From: a virus
IMG/VR virus record: IMGVR_UViG_3300017978_000327
Location: 1 to 43,435 of that record
Direction: 5' to 3' (one strand)
DNA length: 43,435 nucleotides
This document shows, piece by piece, positions 24,275-33,773 of the stretch (within the stretch, counting starts at the first letter, position 1; each line of letters opens with the position of its first letter). Position numbers and translations under genes: made by a program. The notes below the pieces were generated by a model. That model searched no databases. It was not told the origin of the DNA and saw nothing but the letters and a program-made list of their open reading frames with translations.

Positions 24275-25256
24275 AAAAGATAACGTATATAACACATTGC
24301 AGTATGATGAAATACTCAACGCAATAAAACGTCAGGCAAAACTTAGCGATGTTCAGCCGGTAGAGGTCACCAATACTTCTGTATCTGAGGGTGGGGCAAC
24401 AGCAGACAATCAAGTGTTAATCCTTGAAGAGTTAGCATTAAAAGCCAACCTGACAGATGAGCAACCTGTCAGTATAACAGGATTACTTATTGATGAAGGT
24501 TCAATTGTAACCAGAAGTTATCTACAGGCTGTTGCAGAGGGTGACATTGCCAACCACACCTTATTTGAAAAAGTAAGTTATCATCCAGCATCTACGGCAG
24601 CGGAGACTACAGTGTGGACGCTTGGCACACAATACGTCTTTCCTGCTGCTGAGATAGCAGTTGAAATAGTTAGTTCAAGCGCTAACGATGTCGCATCCAC
24701 AGGTACAGGGGCAAGGACTGTCGTTATGGGATACCTGGACGACACTTACACACTTAAAAAGCACACATTCAATCTTAACGGGACAACCGCTGTTGCTGGG
24801 CCTACCGACCTATTCAGGCTTAACATGCTCTATGTTGCAACGGCTGGAAGTGGTGGCAAGACAGCAGGCAATATAAGCGTCAGGTTGGTTGGTGGTGCCG
24901 CTACTGTTTACGGATATATTGCCATAGGCCATACAACAAATCGAAGTTCTGTTTTTACCGTCCCTCTTGGATACACTGTTTATATACAAGATGTAATATT
25001 TACGTCGGCTTATTCATCGGCTGGTAAAACAGAGAGAATTACCTTGCATACTTCTGTTAATCCTGAAGGTGTTGTTAATACAGACGGACTTTTATTTTAC
25101 AACAAGTTTGAAGCAATGGTGGTTGACGGAAACGTTGTAAAGAACGGTGGTGCACCAATAAAATGTCCAGAAAAAACAGATGTTAAAATATCTGTAATCG
25201 GCGAAACTAACGCTCAGATAATCTGCACCATTACTGGCTGGATGGAGACAATATGA
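24267..25256 (+). CDS. Virion protein in the tail-needle (gp26) position with a beta-rich C-terminal domain
   Basis: Position directly after the gp10-like gene. No similarity to the P22 gp26 coiled-coil was recognised, so function is inferred from position only. Confidence 0.4.
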   Translation: MLEKDNVYNTLQYDEILNAIKRQAKLSDVQPVEVTNTSVSEGGATADNQVLILEELALKANLTDEQPVSITGLLIDEGSIVTRSYLQAVAEGDIANHTLFEKVSYHPASTAAETTVWTLGTQYVFPAAEIAVEIVSSSANDVASTGTGARTVVMGYLDDTYTLKKHTFNLNGTTAVAGPTDLFRLNMLYVATAGSGGKTAGNISVRLVGGAATVYGYIAIGHTTNRSSVFTVPLGYTVYIQDVIFTSAYSSAGKTERITLHTSVNPEGVVNTDGLLFYNKFEAMVVDGNVVKNGGAPIKCPEKTDVKISVIGETNAQIICTITGWMETI

Positions 25257-26500
25257 GCTTCGGCAGCGATAAAGATGGTGGATCACCTGAAGGAATCGGC
25301 GGGAATGAATCTGGTATTGGTTCTGATTCTGGGAATGACGGTGGAGGTTACAGTGGGTTTGGTTCACTTAACGCAGAACCGTTTGGGATGCCTGATATTC
25401 CGTCACTTTCTGGGCTTATATCAAGTTTTGGAACGAACACCAAGTCATTAGGTTATGATGCTAATTCGACAACCTCATCGCATCTTGCATCGTTACCAGT
25501 TTCCAGACAGTTAGAAATATTCAGTAATATTGTCGAACCAACATTAGCAAAGTTTGGTAGTCCTGCAATGAAAGCAGGTAAAGCGATAGGAAAGACAATA
25601 TTTGGACTTTTGGCTAATGCCGCACTTCCAGGATTGGGGACACTATCAAAGATTACTGGCGTTACTGGATATCTTGCAGAACGAACAATGGACTTATCAT
25701 TTAGCCATGAATTAGGGATGGCTCTTGGTCTTGAAAAAGAAATGCAAGGTACAAACAACAGTGGTGAAGGTGTTGTCAAGACAGCACTTGCAATGGGTAA
25801 AACACCAGCCGAGATACTTTTAGCATATAACACAGCAATAAGAGCACAAGGTGGCGATATGTCAACGTGGGATGAAATATGGAACAGCATAAACGGTGAT
25901 TCTGCTGCAAATGCGTCAACAAGTGCGGCAAACACGCAAGCAGGATACCAACAGCAGGCACTTAACTACCTGAAACAGCGAGAGGCTATACCATCTCAAA
26001 TGGGTGGGGAGGCTATTCAACGATTGGGTGGTGTGTATGGGTTGCCTGGAGGTGTTGGCACACAGCAGGGGCTTATAAACAGCGCACAACAGTCACCATA
26101 TTATAAATCAATGATGAGCGGCCTACATTCTGGGGAACAGTCAATACTTAGAAATGCTGGTGCTACTGGTGGTTTGAGGTCAGGAAACGTCAATGAAAAC
26201 CTGTATGACTACAACGTTCAATTACAAAACCAGGCATTAAGCGGGGCATACAATCAGCAGTTAGGTGGATTGCAAACACTCGCAGGTTATAATCCTGCTG
26301 CAAACGCTAATGTCGCTCAATCTTATAGCAACATGGGGTCTTCTCTTGCTCAAGGCCAAGTTGCCTCACAACAAGCACAACAAGATGGTATGGGCAACAT
26401 GCTAGGTCTTGCAGGATCTATCTATCAAGGGCTTGGTGGATACCAGGGCATAAAAGATATTGGCACTGACCTATATGACGGTATAGCGAGCTTATTCTAA
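25253..26500 (+). CDS. Internal virion / ejection-type protein (Gly-, Gln-rich)
   Basis: Position equivalent to P22 gp7/gp20/gp16. Low-complexity G/S/N/Q-rich sequence. ATGA coupling. Confidence 0.5.
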   Translation: MSFGSDKDGGSPEGIGGNESGIGSDSGNDGGGYSGFGSLNAEPFGMPDIPSLSGLISSFGTNTKSLGYDANSTTSSHLASLPVSRQLEIFSNIVEPTLAKFGSPAMKAGKAIGKTIFGLLANAALPGLGTLSKITGVTGYLAERTMDLSFSHELGMALGLEKEMQGTNNSGEGVVKTALAMGKTPAEILLAYNTAIRAQGGDMSTWDEIWNSINGDSAANASTSAANTQAGYQQQALNYLKQREAIPSQMGGEAIQRLGGVYGLPGGVGTQQGLINSAQQSPYYKSMMSGLHSGEQSILRNAGATGGLRSGNVNENLYDYNVQLQNQALSGAYNQQLGGLQTLAGYNPAANANVAQSYSNMGSSLAQGQVASQQAQQDGMGNMLGLAGSIYQGLGGYQGIKDIGTDLYDGIASLF

Positions 26501-27780
26501 TGGAAAATCAATTCTATATAAAACCACTTGGCGGGATGGATGTTGGGAACCGGCTTACTCAAGTATTAGAGGGTGGTCGGCAACAAAAACGCATCATGGA
26601 TATGCAAAAACTCGCACCTGAAGTAATCAAGTCAGGCGATCCAGGTAAGATTGCAGAGTTTATGATAGCATATCCAGAAATGGCTAATGTTACCGGGAAG
26701 GTGTTGGGAACAAAGAACGAACTTGTTAAACAGAAGGTCGTTGACCTTGCAAAAAACGTCCTGATGGAAAACGCTGACCCTGTTAGTTCTATTGCCGCAT
26801 ATGCTGAAATATTGAAACAGAATAATGAAGATCCTAAACTTGCTGTACAGTCACTGCAAAAGGCTCTTGCTTCACCTGACCACGGCAAGAAGTGGGCAGA
26901 AAACATGTTAGCTTTCAGCGCACCAGAAGAATACAAGGCATATAAATACTCTTACGGTGAAAACTCTGGCAGTAGTACCGATCTTGGCACATTTGTAGAA
27001 TATGAAGCACAGAGGATAAGACAGGAAGAAGGTAGAGAACCTACACCAAGAGAGTTACAGGAAGCTGGTTTACGTTTCAAACGTGCTCAAGTTGATGAGG
27101 TTCTAGCAACAACATCAGCAAAACGGACAACAGAAAAAGAAACAGACTTGAGATATAACCCTGTAATCAGGGCGGCAGAGACATCAGCGCAGTTAGGCGT
27201 TGAAGGACAAATGAGGCCAGGAATTGAGGGCAACGTAACACAGGCTAGAACCACAGCAGAACTTCAAGCAAAAACTCAACAAGAGCCTGGGTTACAAGCA
27301 GCAATAGACACAGCTAAAAGTGAAGCCGCATATATTGCAACCAATAAGACAGAAAAGAAAGGGAATGATAAGGCGTGGAACGTATATAATGGCGCAATGG
27401 AAAACCTATCCACATCTCTTGGAGGAACTACAACAGGGCCATTTGTTGGGCTTATCCCTTCTATTACAACTAACCAACAAATAGCAGAAGGAGCAGTTGC
27501 GGTTATGGCTCCGGTTCTTAAACAAATGTTCAGATCAGCAGGAGAGGGTATTTTTACTGATAAAGACCAAGAATTATTGATGAAAATGGTCCCGACAAGA
27601 AAGGATTTGCCAGAAGCAAGAGAAGCCAAAATAAAAGCTATAGACTTGGTCGTTAGAGCAAAATTAGGACAGCAAAATGCATCTAAACCACCAAGTACAA
27701 AATACAAAGAAGGACAAACGGCAACAGGACCAAACGGTGAGAAGGTAATATATACTGGTGGTAAGTGGGAGAAAATGTAA
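26500..27780 (+). CDS. Internal virion / ejection-type protein (helical)
   Basis: Position. TAATG coupling on both sides. Confidence 0.5.
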   Translation: MENQFYIKPLGGMDVGNRLTQVLEGGRQQKRIMDMQKLAPEVIKSGDPGKIAEFMIAYPEMANVTGKVLGTKNELVKQKVVDLAKNVLMENADPVSSIAAYAEILKQNNEDPKLAVQSLQKALASPDHGKKWAENMLAFSAPEEYKAYKYSYGENSGSSTDLGTFVEYEAQRIRQEEGREPTPRELQEAGLRFKRAQVDEVLATTSAKRTTEKETDLRYNPVIRAAETSAQLGVEGQMRPGIEGNVTQARTTAELQAKTQQEPGLQAAIDTAKSEAAYIATNKTEKKGNDKAWNVYNGAMENLSTSLGGTTTGPFVGLIPSITTNQQIAEGAVAVMAPVLKQMFRSAGEGIFTDKDQELLMKMVPTRKDLPEAREAKIKAIDLVVRAKLGQQNASKPPSTKYKEGQTATGPNGEKVIYTGGKWEKM

Positions 27781-29381
27781 TGTCTGATGAATTGCCTCAA
27801 GGATTCACACTTGACGACAGTGATGTTATTGAACCACAGCCATTAGATATTCAGTCAAGAACTATTGAACGGCTACAAAAAGGAAACCTCAGTAAAGAAC
27901 AGTTAGAGGCTTACAATGAGTTAAAAAAAAGGGGTCACTTTGACCAAGCAAATGAAGAAGACATACCACAAGGTTTTAAAGTTGACGATCAACAAAAACC
28001 ATCTCCATTAACCGTAAGTCCAGAGGAAGAAGGGATACTTGCGAAGATTTTCGGTGAAAACAACGTCCGACCTATACTAGAGTTTGGGGGCATGTTGGGT
28101 GGTGGAACTATAGGAACAGGAATAGGGCCACAAGGAACAGTTGCCGGAGCAGGACTTGGTTACGCCGCTGGAAAGGGTATTGCTGATAAAATATACGACG
28201 AGCCTGAAACATTTCAGGAGTCAGCTATAAAAACTGGTAAGGATGTGGCTACCGGGGCAGCAATGGAAATGGGAGGCAGTGTTGTAGGTAAAGTATTGTC
28301 AAAAACTGTTGGGGCGATTGGCTCTGGTGTTAAAAATATACTTGGTAAATTAACAGGAGCAGGAACAGGAGCGATTGACGAAGCTGTTGCAAGCGGGGCA
28401 AAAACAGGAATGTCGTTTAATCCACTGGCAACCAAGACCTCATTTGACAAGGCACTGCGTGGTGAGATAACCGGACCGGAAATAGCCTCACACGCATCCA
28501 AAGCGCTTGAATCGTTAAAAGATATCAGAAGCGCTGCATACATGGAAAAATTAAACAAGATTAAGTTAGACCCGACAATACAGAAAACAGTAGCAAATAA
28601 TTTTTCCAGTAAGTTAATGAAACTAATTGACAAAAACAATTATGACATATCACCGATAATAAAAAACGGGAAAATAGTAGACTTTGATTTTTCAAACAGT
28701 ACCCTAGTAGAAAGTCAACCTGTTATGGCAAAAGCACTAAAAGACCTTGCAAGGTGGGATGATTTCAGCGCTTCTGGTATGGATGTGTTGAAAAAAAGGT
28801 TAAGCCAGTATGCAGGACAGGTAAAAATAGGAACACCACAAGAATCTTTCTTGGTTAAACTTAAAAATTCACTGTCTGACGAATTAAAGGCGAATGTTCC
28901 AAAGTATGAGGAAATGACTAAGGGTTATTCAGAAGCTACCAGTTTGATAAAAGATATAGAATCAGGTTTAATGCTTCGCAAGCAGGGAATGACAGGGAGA
29001 ATAACAGCAGATCAAACACTACGTCGTCTTATGTCTTCAATGAGGGATAATTTTGAATTAAGAAGAGACTTGGTTAAAGCCCTTGAAAATAAAGACGTTG
29101 ATCTTTCAGGTGAGATAGCAGGGTACGCAATGAACCAACTTACACCAAGGGGTCTAGCCGGATCAGGACCGGCCCTGGTTGGAAGCGGGACGCTGGTATA
29201 TCTCAGCCCTAAACTTTGGCCTGTTCTCGCCGCAAGTTCTCCAAGAATATCTGCTGAATTTTTAAGATTGTACGGGAAGTTTTTACCAGCAACAAGCGGT
29301 ACATCAAGTATAATAGGCAAAGGTGTCTCTTACAGCAACGAACCTTCAATAGAAGCCAAAATAAAAGAGAAAATACAATGA
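27780..29381 (+). CDS. Internal virion / ejection-type protein with glycine-zipper hydrophobic segments
   Basis: ATG 27780 (TAATG overlap, GGGAGA SD). FGGMLGGGTIGTGIGPQGTVAGAGLGYAAG and GGSVVGKVLSKTVGAIGSGV are membrane-insertion-like segments. Confidence 0.5.
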   Translation: MSDELPQGFTLDDSDVIEPQPLDIQSRTIERLQKGNLSKEQLEAYNELKKRGHFDQANEEDIPQGFKVDDQQKPSPLTVSPEEEGILAKIFGENNVRPILEFGGMLGGGTIGTGIGPQGTVAGAGLGYAAGKGIADKIYDEPETFQESAIKTGKDVATGAAMEMGGSVVGKVLSKTVGAIGSGVKNILGKLTGAGTGAIDEAVASGAKTGMSFNPLATKTSFDKALRGEITGPEIASHASKALESLKDIRSAAYMEKLNKIKLDPTIQKTVANNFSSKLMKLIDKNNYDISPIIKNGKIVDFDFSNSTLVESQPVMAKALKDLARWDDFSASGMDVLKKRLSQYAGQVKIGTPQESFLVKLKNSLSDELKANVPKYEEMTKGYSEATSLIKDIESGLMLRKQGMTGRITADQTLRRLMSSMRDNFELRRDLVKALENKDVDLSGEIAGYAMNQLTPRGLAGSGPALVGSGTLVYLSPKLWPVLAASSPRISAEFLRLYGKFLPATSGTSSIIGKGVSYSNEPSIEAKIKEKIQ

Positions 29382-31396
29382 TTAAAATAACGCTTGGAGC
29401 AGCATATTTCCCTCAGAACGAGTCATCACGGTCATTATCAAATGCACAAATATACGTTGGCGAACCTGACACTGACCCTGAAATAGTAGGAAACCAGGTC
29501 CAGGTATACTTTCTTCAGGAAGATGGTAACTATGTTCCAATACCGCAACCAGTAAGAACAGGTTTCGGTGGTATGCCAATTTATAACGGTTCTACCGGGA
29601 TTATAACGACTGACAACTCATATTCTCTAAAGGTCTTATCGTCTACAGGTGTTGAACAATATTATTTCCCAGACTCTTTATCTTCTGCAACGGTAGAAAC
29701 ACCAGAAACAGCATTTAACGGGAAAGTATCTATATCACAATACGACAACAACTTAAATGATGCTGTATCAGGGATAGGAATACTAGAAAGGACATTAATA
29801 ATTGATTCAGAAGTAGTCCTTCTTCTTGATTGTGTAGTGCCTGAGAATATTACATTAGAAAAGACTCGTGGTGGCACAATCGTATTAGATGGTAATGACC
29901 TGACGTTGAACTGTGCTCTTTCCGGTGATATGGATACTCAATGGTTTGACGAACCTGTTATAAAAGGACCATTAGCATATTTAACCGCTCAAATGTTTGG
30001 TGCAAAGGGTGACAGTACAGGAGTAAGTACGAGTGGGACAGATAACACCACTGCATTAAATAACTATGCTGGTTCTCTTATTGCGGAAGATAGATTTTAT
30101 CTTGCACCAGGTAAATACAGAACCACTGATACTATAGAAATTCCAGTATCGGTTGACATACTTATGGATGGTACAATATGTGCTGATTTTGGCAACGAAC
30201 CGGCAATAGAACTTACAACGACATTCACCGCTGTTGAGCTGGTGTTCAGAGTAGCAAAATGTACTGCGAGTGTGTGGACTACGGACACAAGTGTTGGTGT
30301 AAAGTTCGGTTCTATATATTCAAGCATAATAACAGTTAAATCTATTGTTGGATTTTATATCGCTCTTGATTTCACATATCCTACCGACGAGTTTTGTGCA
30401 TGGAACAATTTTAATATAAAGTTCATAAACAACTGCAAAAGAGCAGTTAATATATCTTTGGACGGAACTGCATGGTGGAACGAAAACACATTTAATCAAC
30501 CTTTTGTAAGAGCAGATACCGCAAACAATACGGGACTTGATTTCTACTATATTTATAGCGTTTCTAATAACAACAATTCGCACAACAGGAACATTCTTTT
30601 GTATCCATCGTTTGAACTTTCCAGGTGCATAGGTTTGTATTGTTCAGGTGGAACAGGTTGGACTATTGTTAGACCAAGAAACGAAAGTATAACAACCGGA
30701 AGGTCTGTTATATACAGCGATGTCGTTAGCGGTTTATTTGATCCTAAAATAGATGGCGTAGCATCTTCTCTTGTGACAACCACATTTACGGCAGATGCAA
30801 CAGATATAACACTTGCTACACAGACACCATATTCTGCTAAAGATTTCAATCAAGTACCATTATTTAGACTGTCTGACCTTACTGTCAACACGTCAAGTAA
30901 CTTGCTAACTCCTTTTGTTAGTGTTAATGTAGGTACAGGTTCAGCGTCTCCTACTTTTACTTACAACACTGGCCTTTCTGGTGGTTCTGCCGCACTTTGG
31001 ACAAAGGAAAATGGTGGCTACACTGTGACATATAGCTCAACATTATCTTTAGTTGGCTTACTTATAGCACTTAACGGTTCTTCTGTTGTTTCTGTCTTCC
31101 CTCGTGCATCAGCAATGCGAGCAAGGTTTATCTTCCTTGATGCCTCAAAAAATATGGTTTTTAATGCAGCAGGAGATAATGTTCCAAGGGGAGAAGACTT
31201 TTATCTACCGTCTTACACATGGCAATCTGGGTACGGATTTATGGCTCCTGCCAATATAACAACAGGAGAAATACGGGTTTGGGTAAACAGTACGACAGTA
31301 AAATATATTATGTTTATGCCTGTTGCTCAATCTACATCTTTTGAAGAGATAGAGGTTTTTACAGATAATCCAGCATCAACAATTGTGTATTCATAA
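29378..31396 (+). CDS. Tailspike with P22 gp9-like head-binding domain and beta-helix (pectate-lyase-3-like) body
   Basis: NAQIYVGEPDTDPEIVGNQVQVYFLQEDGNYVPIPQPV...PIYNG aligns with P22 gp9 [38 protein letters not shown]...IVYNG. FGAKGDSTG...TDNTTALNNY is typical of the Pectate_lyase_3 N-cap. 672 aa compared with 667 aa. No signal peptide. Confidence 0.9.
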   Translation: MIKITLGAAYFPQNESSRSLSNAQIYVGEPDTDPEIVGNQVQVYFLQEDGNYVPIPQPVRTGFGGMPIYNGSTGIITTDNSYSLKVLSSTGVEQYYFPDSLSSATVETPETAFNGKVSISQYDNNLNDAVSGIGILERTLIIDSEVVLLLDCVVPENITLEKTRGGTIVLDGNDLTLNCALSGDMDTQWFDEPVIKGPLAYLTAQMFGAKGDSTGVSTSGTDNTTALNNYAGSLIAEDRFYLAPGKYRTTDTIEIPVSVDILMDGTICADFGNEPAIELTTTFTAVELVFRVAKCTASVWTTDTSVGVKFGSIYSSIITVKSIVGFYIALDFTYPTDEFCAWNNFNIKFINNCKRAVNISLDGTAWWNENTFNQPFVRADTANNTGLDFYYIYSVSNNNNSHNRNILLYPSFELSRCIGLYCSGGTGWTIVRPRNESITTGRSVIYSDVVSGLFDPKIDGVASSLVTTTFTADATDITLATQTPYSAKDFNQVPLFRLSDLTVNTSSNLLTPFVSVNVGTGSASPTFTYNTGLSGGSAALWTKENGGYTVTYSSTLSLVGLLIALNGSSVVSVFPRASAMRARFIFLDASKNMVFNAAGDNVPRGEDFYLPSYTWQSGYGFMAPANITTGEIRVWVNSTTVKYIMFMPVAQSTSFEEIEVFTDNPASTIVYS

Positions 31397-31432
31397 GGTG
31401 GTTATGATGGTGAATAGAATCAGGAGCACACA

Positions 31433-32617
31433 ATGAAAATGGTTTGGCTTTTTATCATAGCAATTTTCGGATACACTAGCTGCTTTGCAGAGATTGAACC
31501 AGTTACCACAGGGGTTGGTGTTTATGCCTCTGATTGGGCGACTATCCTCAATGCAAATGATGCTGAACTGGACGGTAACAAACTAACTTCCCTTACTATA
31601 CCATCCGGTAGCACTCTCCGGGCCACATTAAAAGATGCGTCTTATGTCGAAGTTGACCTATCTGGGATAGTTGGTACTGGTGGTGATGACCAGACAGCCT
31701 CAGAGGTAGTTTTTACCCCAAACGGGAGTATTGCCGCAACTGACGTTCAAGCTGCAATTCAAGAGGTTCGTGATGAAGCTGGTTCAGGGGCGAGTGAGTT
31801 AGATGCATTAACCGACGTCGGTGGAGATGGTACGGCAGGGTATGTACTTTATGACGACGGGGACGGTACGTTTAGTTTTGCTGCTGCGCCTGACTCAATG
31901 GTTTATCCTGGCGCAGGAGTACCCATATCGCTTGGTGTAACAGGATGGGACGACTCGCTAAGTTTCACTGAGCTTGTTCAATCCCTCCCCGGATCCGACC
32001 TTGCCACTCAGCTTGACGGCGAGGACTTGGCTCCTGGCTCAGTTACCATGCCTGCCACAGCAACACCTACCGCTTCTTTTAAAGACTCAGGTAGTTTGGA
32101 TGCAGATCAAACAATTGCGACCATCGGAGCTAATGCTACCACGGAAACAGCCGGTAGTGTTGAAAGTGATGTGTTGTTTTACAATAAATATCGGAGTGCG
32201 TCTGGTGTTTTTGATCGCTATATGTGGATGGATGGATCGGAGCAGACATTTAAGTTTGATGTGCCTATTTCTTCCGACGATCCAATATCCGCACCGATAA
32301 CCACAGCAACCGATGCTGACGCTCACACGCTTACCTGGGAAGAATATCATGGTGGCTCAGTCTTGGCAACCGGGGCAGGAGTTTATACCTTGCCTGCTGC
32401 TGCTGACGGTTTAACTGGATGCGTTGAGGCTGGTCAAGGTGTTGCTGCGATTATTCAACTGCTACCAGCTTCCGGCGATTATATCGTTTATGAGGGAGCA
32501 AGAGGCACAGCCGCAACATCGTTAAAGTCAAGTGGGGCTACTGGTGATAAGATTTGCTATACAGCCTACAACGCTGATGACTGGTATGTATCAACCTTTG
32601 GAACATGGGCGGAATAA
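31433..32617 (+). CDS. Signal-peptide-bearing tail-fibre-like protein
   Basis: GGAG SD. N-terminus MKMVWLFIIAIFGYTSCFA-EIE. Contains DDQTASEVVFTPNGSIAATDVQAAIQEVRDEAGSG, identical to a segment in the 36474 gene. Confidence 0.8.
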   Translation: MKMVWLFIIAIFGYTSCFAEIEPVTTGVGVYASDWATILNANDAELDGNKLTSLTIPSGSTLRATLKDASYVEVDLSGIVGTGGDDQTASEVVFTPNGSIAATDVQAAIQEVRDEAGSGASELDALTDVGGDGTAGYVLYDDGDGTFSFAAAPDSMVYPGAGVPISLGVTGWDDSLSFTELVQSLPGSDLATQLDGEDLAPGSVTMPATATPTASFKDSGSLDADQTIATIGANATTETAGSVESDVLFYNKYRSASGVFDRYMWMDGSEQTFKFDVPISSDDPISAPITTATDADAHTLTWEEYHGGSVLATGAGVYTLPAAADGLTGCVEAGQGVAAIIQLLPASGDYIVYEGARGTAATSLKSSGATGDKICYTAYNADDWYVSTFGTWAE

Positions 32618-33060
32618 TGAAGATATTATATTTTTTGATGGCTTTTATCCTGCTTGCTGCAAGTGCAAATGCGAGCCAGTGGTGTCAGTGGGATGGAACA
32701 CAGGGCCTTGAGTGTCAAAGTGATGCGCGGGGATATATCAAGATATCAGGTTTTCCGGTTAAAACTCCTGCAATAGCTAATGCAAGGGGATATTTCAAAG
32801 TCACCGACACAATCCCAGAATTAACAGCAACACAAAAGTTCGGTGCCATTGTCTGGGAGAAAGTAGGAAACGATATAAACCGGACTTACACCGTCGTTGA
32901 TAAAACCACGACTGAGAATGACGAAGACACGGCCAGAGCATTGAGCCTAGAGATGTACGTTGTTCTGAAATGGATGGTGGCCCAGGGTGTTATCAATCCT
33001 GCAACTGCACCAACAGCACTAAAAAACGCTTATCTTGCCAGACAGAGGATTGAAGAATGA
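32617..33060 (+). CDS. Secreted 147-aa protein, unknown function
   Basis: ATG 32617 (TAATG overlap). N-terminus MKILYFLMAFILLAASANA-SQW. Confidence 0.7.
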   Translation: MKILYFLMAFILLAASANASQWCQWDGTQGLECQSDARGYIKISGFPVKTPAIANARGYFKVTDTIPELTATQKFGAIVWEKVGNDINRTYTVVDKTTTENDEDTARALSLEMYVVLKWMVAQGVINPATAPTALKNAYLARQRIEE

Positions 33061-33773
33061 TAGTCCATCTTCTGATATTAGCAGCACTTTTACACGCTAG
33101 TGATTGCTACGGGATAGGTGCAAATTCTCCTGAAAAGTTTATTGGTCCGTCCGGCCCTACAACCTGTACCCTGACCGCGCAGGATTTTACCACTTATACG
33201 GAGCAGGACGCTTATTCGCAGATAACCGTAACGTCTGGCGCAATAGTTTATGAAGGAGCTGGAAACAATACCGCATATGTAAGGAAGGATTTCACGGCAG
33301 GACATTTCAACGGCGATTTTACCATGAAGTTTGAATGGACAAAATCGACCACCAATTCTGAAGAGTATGGTCGGGATTATAGCCCAATTCTGATTAATTC
33401 GACCGCTGAAGTTTACGGCAATACTTCAAACTTTGTGGCAGTTGAAAATTACAGATCAACCACAAACACTGTTTTCAGGATTGTGACAAACAACGGCGGA
33501 ACGGTCAGTTACTCGTCAGGTGTTGCAATAACCGAAGGGACAAATTACTTCCTGACTTTTAGCTATGACTCAGCAGAAGGAACGTACGGACGATACACCC
33601 TTGATGTTTATAGCGGGTCACACACAGGAACACTAATTGGCAGCGTGACAAGAGATGCCATAGAATCGGCAAGCTACCGTTATTTATATGCATATGATAC
33701 AAATAAGACAGGTAGTGCCTATGACAGTGAAGGAATCATTGCAAACTATGAGATCGGTCTATGTTTAGAATAA
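33057..33773 (+). CDS. Probable secreted beta-sandwich (lectin/jelly-roll-like) protein
   Basis: ATGA overlap. Hydrophobic N-terminus MIVHLLILAALLHASDCYG, a weaker signal peptide with no basic n-region. Confidence 0.65.
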   Translation: MIVHLLILAALLHASDCYGIGANSPEKFIGPSGPTTCTLTAQDFTTYTEQDAYSQITVTSGAIVYEGAGNNTAYVRKDFTAGHFNGDFTMKFEWTKSTTNSEEYGRDYSPILINSTAEVYGNTSNFVAVENYRSTTNTVFRIVTNNGGTVSYSSGVAITEGTNYFLTFSYDSAEGTYGRYTLDVYSGSHTGTLIGSVTRDAIESASYRYLYAYDTNKTGSAYDSEGIIANYEIGLCLE